The position numbers and the translations under genes were made by a program. The notes beneath the pieces are model-generated. The model did no database searches and was not told the origin of the DNA. It saw nothing but the letters and a program-made list of their open reading frames with translations. DNA of 14,589 nucleotides from Nitrososphaeraceae archaeon (GTDB lineage Archaea; Thermoproteota; Nitrososphaeria; Nitrososphaerales; Nitrososphaeraceae): assembly GCA_035250975.1 (NCBI GenBank), contig DATFEP010000057.1:1-14589 (forward strand), given 5' to 3'. Positions 7,704 to 14,589 of the stretch are shown here, piece by piece; within the stretch, counting starts at the first letter, position 1; every line of letters starts with the position of its first letter.

Positions 7704-9023
7704 TCATTTTTTCTTTCTTGTTTGTGAAATATCTATGAGTCTTTCCTTGACTGCTTCATAATGATTGACAAGTCCTTCTTCTTGTGTTATTGTTTTGATA
7801 AAAGGTTCTATTTTTTTTAGGTCATTTTTGTTAGATTTTATAATAGTTGAAAACCTAATAAAGTCCAATACAGAAAGTGATGCACGTGATTTCCCAAAAC
7901 CCATGGTAGGAAGAACGTGATTGGAACCTAAACAATAATCACTTGCAGAAGAAGGTGTATTTTCGCCTATTAGTATTAGACCTGCAGAGTTAATTTTTCT
8001 TGATATATTTAACTCTTTTATAGACATAATTTGTAAATGTTCTGGAGCTATCTCATTAACAAAATCTATTGCTAAATCATCATTTTCAGCTATTGCAATA
8101 AATCCATTTTTATTTAAACTTTCTGAAACAAATTCTTTACGTGATATATTTTTTTTCAGAATTTTATTGACCTCATTTTGTACTTTATCAGCAAATTCCA
8201 ATGAATTTGTAACTACTCCACATAGGGTGTCTTTGCTGTGTTCTGCCTGAGAAACTAAATCTAATGCAACATACCTAGGATTCGTTTCTGAACTCGCATA
8301 AATAACCAATTCTGTTGGACCAGCCATCATATCTATCGATACTTTGTTTGAAACCAATAACTTTGCCATTGTAACGAAAATTCCTCCTGGTCCAACTATT
8401 TTGTCAACACTCTTAATACTATGTGTACCAAAAGCTAATGCCGCTATACCTTGTGCTCCTCCTACCTTGTAAAATTCATTTATGCCACAAATATCTGCTG
8501 CAACTAATGTTAAAGGATCTACATTTCCATTCTTTTGTGGAGGAGAAATAGCCACAAGTCTTTTTACACCAGCCAGTTTTGCTGGTGTTGCACACATAAC
8601 CAATGTACTTGGATATCTTGCAAGACCTCCTGGAATATAACAACCAACACTTGAAATTGGTTGAACAAATCGTTTAATCCTTCTATTATTTGAATATAAA
8701 GAGGATATTTTTTTAATATGTTCTAGAAAAATAATATCGTTTTCAATTAATGTCTCTCTTATTTTGTATATGGTTTTAACTTGTTTATCTGTGACTTTTT
8801 TGTAAGCGTCTTTTATTTCATCTTTATTTACTCTTATTGAATCAACCATAACTCTGTCATATTCATATGTGTATTTTTTAAGAGCATGATCTCCATCCTT
8901 CCTTACATTACCTATTATTTCTCCTACCTTTTTGATAATGTCTTCAGAAAAATTATCGATTGTATTATACCTTATATTCTCTACATCGTCTTTAGGATTC
9001 TTGATAACTATTTTTTTAATCAA
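7704..9023 (-). CDS. hisD: Histidinol dehydrogenase
   Basis: GCYIPGG..YPST, GGAQGIAALAFGT, KIVGPG, AGPTE, QAEH, APEHL, DY..GSNHVLPT. TTG start directly after the hisG TAG. Confidence 0.97.
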   Translation of the reverse strand: MIKKIVIKNPKDDVENIRYNTIDNFSEDIIKKVGEIIGNVRKDGDHALKKYTYEYDRVMVDSIRVNKDEIKDAYKKVTDKQVKTIYKIRETLIENDIIFLEHIKKISSLYSNNRRIKRFVQPISSVGCYIPGGLARYPSTLVMCATPAKLAGVKRLVAISPPQKNGNVDPLTLVAADICGINEFYKVGGAQGIAALAFGTHSIKSVDKIVGPGGIFVTMAKLLVSNKVSIDMMAGPTELVIYASSETNPRYVALDLVSQAEHSKDTLCGVVTNSLEFADKVQNEVNKILKKNISRKEFVSESLNKNGFIAIAENDDLAIDFVNEIAPEHLQIMSIKELNISRKINSAGLILIGENTPSSASDYCLGSNHVLPTMGFGKSRASLSVLDFIRFSTIIKSNKNDLKKIEPFIKTITQEEGLVNHYEAVKERLIDISQTRKKK

Positions 9024-10007
9024 CTAACCATCTTCTTTATCTATCTTTATTTCTTCAAAAGGCAATATCTGCGTTGGTTGCAGTACTACCAATCCTTGAG
9101 CAATCTTTCTCATAACTGGAACGATTTTTATGAATTCATTCTTGTCGATTATTGTATTAACTCCATACCACCCTTCCTCACTCAAAGCGCTGATTGTTGG
9201 ACGTTTCAATGCCGGCAGTCTACCAAGTAGCTCATCTAAATTCTCCTTCTTTACATTTACAAAAATATGAAGTTTTTTCCTTGCTTCGACAACTCCTCTC
9301 AACAAAGCGATCATATCTATAATTTTTTCTCTTTTTTTATCGTCTTGTATAGACTGTTTGTTTGCTATAACAACAGAACTTGATTCCATTATAGTATCTA
9401 TTATTTTTAGATTATTTTGGACCAAAGTTGTTCCAGTTTCTGTAATATCGCATATTGCATCAACATCCTCGGGCGGTTTAGCCTCCGTTGCGCCAAAAGA
9501 AAGGAAAATTTCTACATTCTTATTTTCTCCAATTCTTATCCAAGGTGTAATTATCATTGGATCATTATCTCCAAAATATTTTTTATAGGCTGAATTGGAT
9601 TTTATATGATCTGCTATCGTTGTAAGGTATTCAGAAGATATTCTTAACGGTTTTTTGTTTTTTGCATATTCAGCGATCATATCATCCAAATTGTTAAACT
9701 GAAAATTTTCAGGAATTGCAATTACCTGTTTAACTTTACCATACTCTAAATCTAGCAATATTTTTACATCGGCTCTTGCTTCCTTTATCCAGTCCTTTCC
9801 AGTGATACCTATATCATATAGTCCTTCTTGTACATAAGTGGGAATTTCCTGTGGTCTTAAAAGTTTAACCTCTATTTCAGGATCACTCAGTTTTATTCTA
9901 TATGTTCTTGATTTTCCACTGACTTTTTGCCAAGCCTCTTCTAATATCTTAAAAGTTGCCTCTTCGATAGTTCCCTTTGGTACAGCGAATTTAACTACAG
10001 CAGGCAT
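9024..10007 (-). CDS. hisG: ATP phosphoribosyltransferase, long form with C-terminal regulatory domain
   Basis: FAVPKG, RPQEIPTYV..G.YDIGITGKD, GATEAK, DAICDITETGTTLVQNNL, C-terminal LPALKRPTISAL domain. Confidence 0.97.
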   Translation of the reverse strand: MPAVVKFAVPKGTIEEATFKILEEAWQKVSGKSRTYRIKLSDPEIEVKLLRPQEIPTYVQEGLYDIGITGKDWIKEARADVKILLDLEYGKVKQVIAIPENFQFNNLDDMIAEYAKNKKPLRISSEYLTTIADHIKSNSAYKKYFGDNDPMIITPWIRIGENKNVEIFLSFGATEAKPPEDVDAICDITETGTTLVQNNLKIIDTIMESSSVVIANKQSIQDDKKREKIIDMIALLRGVVEARKKLHIFVNVKKENLDELLGRLPALKRPTISALSEEGWYGVNTIIDKNEFIKIVPVMRKIAQGLVVLQPTQILPFEEIKIDKEDG

Positions 10008-10034
10008 AAATGTACAAGAAAAAATTGTTCATCC

Positions 10035-10044
10035 GATATATATC
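10035..10044 (-). promoter_or_regulatory. Candidate TATA box for hisG (palindrome GATATATATC)
   Basis: Lies 28-37 nt upstream of the hisG ATG in the 51-bp hmgA-hisG gap, which fits a leaderless or short-leader transcript. Confidence 0.35.
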
Positions 10045-10058
10045 TAATTGTTAAGAGA

Positions 10059-11384
10059 CTAAATTCTATTTGAATTCAATAATTCAATTATCTCTTTAGC
10101 CTTGCTTACACTAACATTTTTTTCTTTTATTAGTCTTTCAGCTATAATATTCACTTGATTTTCTTCTGCTCCAGCTGTAAGAGCTATATTTCTCGCATGT
10201 AATTTCATATGACCCTTCTGAATTCCTTCATTAGTCAATGCCCTGATAGCGGCAAAATTTTGAGCCAAACCTATTGCAGCAAAAATCGATGCAAGTTCCT
10301 TGACATTTTTTATATCTAAAATCTTTAATACAACTTTTACTATGGGATGTACCGATATTATTCCTCCAATAATTCCAATAGCCATAGGTATCTCTATTTC
10401 TCCAATCAAGTCTCCATCTTTAGATTTATACCATTTTGTTAATGATCTATACTTTCCATCTCTTGCAGCATACGCATGTATAGATGCTTCAAGAGCTCGA
10501 AAATCTTGTCCAGTTGCTATTGCTAAAGCATCAATACCATTCATTATACCCTTATTATGAGTAACTGCTCGAAACGTATCAGAATATGCGAAAGCATAAG
10601 CTAAGAGAATTCTATTTACTCCTTCAGATCCACCTATCATCTCTTTGGGAAAAGTTGCTTTACATCTTGCCAATCGATTTACAGAATAATTTGATAATAT
10701 CTTGAGAACTACTTCTCCAATGGATAATTTTTCAATCTTCGAAGCAATCGATTCACACATAGTATTGATAACATTAGCCCCCATCGCATCTTTTGTATCA
10801 ACTATTAATTCTATTATTATCATATAACCCATATTGTTAATACTCTCATCTAATATCTCTCGAACCTGAATATCTTTAGCTACTACAGTTCTACTCTTCA
10901 AATTTGCGATCTTTAAAAGTTCCTCTTTATTATCTGTAATTATTTTTCTTAACCGTTCTCTCTCCTTCTTACTTGCAAATAGATCTTTGTGATTCCTCTT
11001 TCTTGCTACTAGCAGAATTTGTCCTATCATTATTGATTCATCAGCTTCAGCTATGAAACCTCCTGCCATCTTGGCGATCTTAGCCGCCTTACTTGCAGCT
11101 GCAATAACTGAAGGTTCCTCTGTCGAAACTGGTATCAAATATTTTTTTCCATTAATTACAAAATTCGTAGCAATTCCTAATGGAATCGGAATTATTCCTA
11201 TTGCATTTTCTACCATGTTGTTAATTTTGTTAAAGGAAAAATTTTTGGGCATATCTTTTAATAATTGTAAATCCTTTTTTGTTATTTTAGTTTCATTTTG
11301 AATAAAATCTAGTCTCTCATCCAGATCTAATTCATAAAATTTTTTAAATGAATTGTCATTTCGCTGCATTTTACCATTTTTCAC
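10059..11384 (-). CDS. hmgA: HMG-CoA reductase, class II (bacterial/'degradative' type)
   Basis: ENAIG, TEEPSVIAAAS, DAMGAN, ILSN, THNKGIMNG, TGQDFRA, GIQKGHMKLHARN plus C-terminal flap. GTG 11384 or ATG 11369 start. Confidence 0.95.
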   Translation of the reverse strand: MKNGKMQRNDNSFKKFYELDLDERLDFIQNETKITKKDLQLLKDMPKNFSFNKINNMVENAIGIIPIPLGIATNFVINGKKYLIPVSTEEPSVIAAASKAAKIAKMAGGFIAEADESIMIGQILLVARKRNHKDLFASKKERERLRKIITDNKEELLKIANLKSRTVVAKDIQVREILDESINNMGYMIIIELIVDTKDAMGANVINTMCESIASKIEKLSIGEVVLKILSNYSVNRLARCKATFPKEMIGGSEGVNRILLAYAFAYSDTFRAVTHNKGIMNGIDALAIATGQDFRALEASIHAYAARDGKYRSLTKWYKSKDGDLIGEIEIPMAIGIIGGIISVHPIVKVVLKILDIKNVKELASIFAAIGLAQNFAAIRALTNEGIQKGHMKLHARNIALTAGAEENQVNIIAERLIKEKNVSVSKAKEIIELLNSNRI

Positions 11385-11391
11385 AAATTAA

Positions 11392-12501
11392 CTAAGGTTT
11401 GAGTATTTTTAAAATCTTATCGTCGTTGTCTTGAGGGATACCTCTTCCATCTGTGTTACTTGTCAAAATGTATAAAGAACCATCATTTCCCTCAACTACG
11501 TCTCTTAGCCTTCCATAACCTACCAATACGTTATTCTGTTCATGTGAATCGATGTCTATTTGTCTTAAATGAGATCCCTTTAAGCTAGTGACGATAAGAT
11601 CATTTTTATATCCTAATTTATTGGATGATGCAAAAGTTATTCCACTAGGTGCTATGGCCGGATTAAAGCAGAAAATAGCCTTTTCAAAATCCTTTGTTCC
11701 TTCACATTTCACGTTAGGCCATCCGTAATTTTTTCCTGCTATTATTAAATTTATTTCATCAAAACCAGATGGACCATGTTCGGATACATACATACTTTTG
11801 TTTTCTAGATGCCATGAAATTCCTTGAATGTTTCTATGTCCCAATGAATATACAGGTGAATTCTTGAATGGATTGTCTTCTGGAATTGTTCCATCTAAAT
11901 TAACACGTAATATCTTGCCTGCAAGTGAAGAAAGATTTTGTGCAAGGTGTGGCTTCGAAGCATCTCCTGTTGGGATATATAATTTATTATCTGGTCCAAT
12001 CTTTATTCTCCCTCCGTTATTGTATAAAGATCCTGGTATAGAATCAATTATTATTTTTGAATCTATAATTTTATTATCTTTTTCTTTTAAAAGAAGTACT
12101 TTGTTAAAGAGCTCGTTTCCATTGGTATAAGTATGATAAATATACATTAGATGATTCTCAGTAAAATTAGGATGTAACACAATTCCTAATAGCCCCGAAC
12201 CACCCTTTTGTTCTACTCTTATGAATGCAACTGGTTCGTCAAGAATATTTCCATTAGTATCTATCGTTCTTATTTTTCCATCTCTTTCGGTAAAAAAAAT
12301 CCTATTATCTTTAGATGTTTCAATGGCCCAAGGAGAGTCTAGATTCTCTGCAATGATCTCTATCCCCTTATTGGAGCCTGTTTTATTTAGTAATGATTCT
12401 GGTTCTGGCAGAGGAATATTGGTGTCAGATGGAGTCATAAGAATTGTTACAATACCAACCATTGCCACAAATATCGCTATAATAAATAATCTCTTATCCA
12501 T
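11392..12501 (-). CDS. GSDH / soluble-aldose-dehydrogenase-family PQQ-type beta-propeller with N-terminal membrane anchor
   Basis: Hydrophobic N-terminus; L.SPWA, GLLGIVLHPNF, GGRIKIGPD..LY..TGD, GKILR, GHRN.QG, EHGP..DEIN, NYGWP, APSG, GRLRDV. Confidence 0.92.
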   Translation of the reverse strand: MDKRLFIIAIFVAMVGIVTILMTPSDTNIPLPEPESLLNKTGSNKGIEIIAENLDSPWAIETSKDNRIFFTERDGKIRTIDTNGNILDEPVAFIRVEQKGGSGLLGIVLHPNFTENHLMYIYHTYTNGNELFNKVLLLKEKDNKIIDSKIIIDSIPGSLYNNGGRIKIGPDNKLYIPTGDASKPHLAQNLSSLAGKILRVNLDGTIPEDNPFKNSPVYSLGHRNIQGISWHLENKSMYVSEHGPSGFDEINLIIAGKNYGWPNVKCEGTKDFEKAIFCFNPAIAPSGITFASSNKLGYKNDLIVTSLKGSHLRQIDIDSHEQNNVLVGYGRLRDVVEGNDGSLYILTSNTDGRGIPQDNDDKILKILKP

Positions 12502-12591
12502 TTTTTAAACTGATTAATATGCAAGTTATCTGAAGCATAATAAATTTCATTTTCAAAAATCATAATTCGTCTATCCACAAAATTATTTTTT

Positions 12592-12599
12592 AAAAAAAA
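12592..12599 (-). terminator. Oligo-T terminator after tRNA-Ser
   Basis: T8 on the minus strand, starting one base (12600) after the discriminator. Confidence 0.6.
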
Positions 12600-12600
12600 G

Positions 12601-12724
12601 CGCAGATGAGGAGATTTGAACTCCTGCTCGCCCGAAGGCGAATCGGCTGGCTCTTAACCTTGAAGATTACTCAAGGCCGACGCATTATTGTGTTCCTAAT
12701 GGAAGACCACTCTGCCACATCTGC
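12601..12724 (-). tRNA. tRNA-Ser(TGA) with two introns (D-loop 20/21 at 12687-12705; canonical 37/38 at 12649-12669)
   Basis: Acceptor stem GCAGATG/CATCTGC with discriminator G; T-arm AGGAG-TTCAAAT-CTCCT; long variable arm TCGCC-TTCG-GGCGA; anticodon stem TCGGC/GCCGA with CT-TGA-G|A. Removing 19 and 21 nt gives an 84-nt class II tRNA with D-arm GCAG-AGTGGTA-ATGC. CCA is not encoded. Confidence 0.88.
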
Positions 12725-13037
12725 ACAACAAATAAGCTAAATTACTTATTATTATATTTTAATAATATACTTTATCAAAGCCGATTGATATTTATCTTTT
12801 TTCAAATATATTGAAAAACTGTGAATATTAAAAAAGTAGAATAATACTATTGATAACTACTGTTCCATTTTCACTTAAAATGTTGAAAATCAAAATAAAT
12901 GTATATTGTTGTCTCTAAATTAAAAAATATAAGATAGTAATTCACAGGATTATCAAATTTTGGTCTATCATTGATAATTTTAATTTATAATCATTAACTA
13001 ATATCTACTAATGTGTATATCAACTCGAAACAAAGTA

Positions 13038-13061
13038 AATAAACATATGTTGATGTTTATT
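13038..13061. promoter_or_regulatory. 9-6-9 inverted repeat upstream of the DegT gene; possible operator
   Basis: AATAAACAT-atgttg-ATGTTTATT, 42-65 nt upstream of ATG 13103. Confidence 0.3.
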
Positions 13062-13102
13062 ACAAAAACTTAATTACTTTAAATAATCAGCTAAAATATA
13101 AA

Positions 13103-14236
13103 ATGATTCCAATTAATAGACCATGGATTGATGATGAAGAGAAACAAGAAGTTATGCGAGTTCTTGATGAAAATATTCTTACAAGTGCATCTAGAGATGG
13201 TGGCAAGAGAGTACAAGAATTTGAATCATCTTTGAAAGGTTTTTTGAACGTAAAGCATGTGATTTCGGTAAATTCTGGTACAGCTGCTTTGCATGCTTCT
13301 TTACTTGCTATAGGTATTACCTCTGGAGATGAAGTGTTACTTCCATCATTTACATTTGTAGCTACCGCAAATTCTGTTATTGCGGCAGGTGCAAAACCAG
13401 TTTTTGTGGATATTAATAAAAAAGATTATACAATTGATATTCCAGACTTAAAGAAAAAAATTACAAAGAAGACAAAGGCCATGATTCCTGTTCATTTATA
13501 TGGTCATCCAGCTGATTTAGATGAACTGGCAGAAATTTCAAAACAAAATTCTTTCGATATTATAGAAGATGCTTGTCAATCTTTAGGTTCTACTTATAAA
13601 AATAAACAAACTGGAACCTTTGGTAAATTAGGATGTTTCAGTTTTTATGCTAGTAAGGTTTTAACAGCCGGAGAAGGAGGAGCAATTGTAACAAACGATG
13701 ATAAAATTGCAGACACATTAAAAATGATAAGAAATCATGGAATGGTCGAAGGGTATGATACACGTATTCCTGGATTTAATTATCGACTTCCAGAACTAAG
13801 TGCTGCTCTCGCAAAGATACAAATGAGGAAAATAAACCAAATATTAGAAATTCGAAGAAGAAATTCTCAATTATTGTCCAATTTTATTGAAAGATCAATT
13901 TCAAATTTTCAAGTATTAAATATTCCAGAAGAAAATCATATCAAAAAATTTAATTGGTATCTTTATACATTGGATTTCATTGGAAAAAAAGGTTCTGAAT
14001 TAAGGGAACGTATCAAGAAAAAGATGATTGAGGGTGGAATAGGCGTTTCAGTATACTACGACCCTCCAGTTCATCTTACTCCATATTATAAACAATTTAG
14101 TTTTGAAGGAAGTCTGACCAATACTGAATCGGCCAGTAAAACAGTATTATCATTTCCTGTACATCCATATGTCACAGAAACTGATGTTGAAAAGATGGTA
14201 AATATATTAAAGGAAGAATTATCAATTTTTGTTTGA
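13103..14236 (+). CDS. DegT/DnrJ/EryC1/StrS-family PLP-dependent (nucleotide-sugar) aminotransferase
   Basis: NSGTAALH, GDEV..PSFTFVATA, PVHLYG, IEDACQ, FSFYASK (PLP Lys), GEGGAI, GFNYR, LSFPVHP. Confidence 0.95.
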   Translation: MIPINRPWIDDEEKQEVMRVLDENILTSASRDGGKRVQEFESSLKGFLNVKHVISVNSGTAALHASLLAIGITSGDEVLLPSFTFVATANSVIAAGAKPVFVDINKKDYTIDIPDLKKKITKKTKAMIPVHLYGHPADLDELAEISKQNSFDIIEDACQSLGSTYKNKQTGTFGKLGCFSFYASKVLTAGEGGAIVTNDDKIADTLKMIRNHGMVEGYDTRIPGFNYRLPELSAALAKIQMRKINQILEIRRRNSQLLSNFIERSISNFQVLNIPEENHIKKFNWYLYTLDFIGKKGSELRERIKKKMIEGGIGVSVYYDPPVHLTPYYKQFSFEGSLTNTESASKTVLSFPVHPYVTETDVEKMVNILKEELSIFV

Positions 14237-14245
14237 TTTTTTTTT
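14237..14245 (+). terminator. Oligo-T terminator after the DegT gene
   Basis: T9 immediately after the TGA stop. Confidence 0.55.
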
Positions 14246-14308
14246 ATAATTTATAATTATTATTTGATATAGAACCAAAAATTATTTTTTATTTTGAAAG
14301 AACAAACT

Positions 14309-14318
14309 TTTTTATAAT
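14309..14318 (+). promoter_or_regulatory. TATA box for amt
   Basis: TTTTTATAAT at -33 to -24 from ATG 14342, preceded by A-rich sequence (AAAGAACAAAC); fits a leaderless transcript. Confidence 0.5.
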
Positions 14319-14341
14319 ACTATGTGGATTATGCAACAGGA

Positions 14342-14589
14342 ATGGCATTAGATACTGGTGATACTGCATGGATGATTGTTGCAACAGGTCTTGTAATGTT
14401 GATGACACCCGGGCTCGGATTCTTTGAAGCTGGTTTAATAAGATTCAAAAACGGTCTTTCGGCAATTATGCACACGTTTTCTGGATTAGCAATTGTTTCC
14501 ACTCTCTGGTTTATCGTTGGATTCACGCTAACTTTTGGACCCGATCAAGGAGGCATAATAGGAGGTCTAGATCATGTCTTCTATAATGG
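14342..14589 (+). CDS. amt: Ammonium transporter (Amt), 5' part, truncated by the window end
   Basis: Translated by hand: MALDTGDTAWMIVATGLVMLMTPGLGFFEAGLIRFKNGLSAIMHTFSGLAIVSTLWFIVGFTLTFGPDQGGIIGGLDHVFYN, the classic Amt N-terminus (DTAW...LMTPGL.FF..G..R.KN ... W...G..L.FG). In-frame GTG at 14324 is an alternative start. Confidence 0.96.
   Translation, partial: MALDTGDTAWMIVATGLVMLMTPGLGFFEAGLIRFKNGLSAIMHTFSGLAIVSTLWFIVGFTLTFGPDQGGIIGGLDHVFYN

Noticed and set aside
10008-10058. His-codon leader peptide or attenuator before hisG
   Set aside because: Only 51 bp, with no His-codon run and no alternative stem-loops.
904-12508. Plus-strand ORFs in the track at 904, 1123, 3131, 4168, 4564, 5662, 6453, 6623, 8886, 9358, 9838, 10300, 11053, 11828 and 12221
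   Set aside because: All are antisense shadows of well-supported minus-strand genes, with no recognisable motifs.
12502-12600. Integrated element at the tRNA 3' end
   Set aside because: No integrase and no duplicated tRNA 3' end seen in the window; housekeeping genes follow directly.
12601-12724. Calling the tRNA Leu(CAA), Sec or a suppressor
   Set aside because: TGA is the anticodon (it reads UCA, Ser). The 7-bp acceptor, 5-bp T stem, G73 and Ser-like variable arm fit tRNA-Ser, and CAA lies within the intron in the simplest parse.
12819-12947. MITE bounded by CTGTGAAT...ATTCACAG
   Set aside because: Only an 8-bp inverted match, no target-site duplication and no second copy seen.
14329-14526. 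65-aa minus-strand ORF
   Set aside because: Antisense shadow of amt.

Overview
AT-rich archaeal housekeeping region. Gene content and protein style fit an ammonia-oxidising archaeon (Nitrososphaerota, probably Nitrosocosmicus-like; this is inference). From left to right: a 5'-open small protein with a CxxC-x4-CxH motif; a CPA2 cation:proton antiporter split by one frameshift; about 800 bp of intergenic DNA; a stand-alone aIF-1A whose basic N-terminus (GKRKV) follows TTA rather than a normal start codon and overlaps a 5-codon uORF; a minus-strand run of GSDH-family beta-propeller, class II HMG-CoA reductase, hisG, hisD, hisC, a HAD hydrolase, hisB, hisH, hisA and hisF (no hisI/hisE); a tRNA-Ser(TGA) with two introns (20/21 and 37/38); a DegT-family aminotransferase; and the 5' part of an ammonium transporter missing from the ORF track. 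No mobile element or CRISPR array is visible. The best leads are the possible autoregulatory start architecture of aIF-1A, the HAD as the missing histidinol-phosphate phosphatase, the GSDH-family protein lacking its catalytic His, and the two-intron tRNA.
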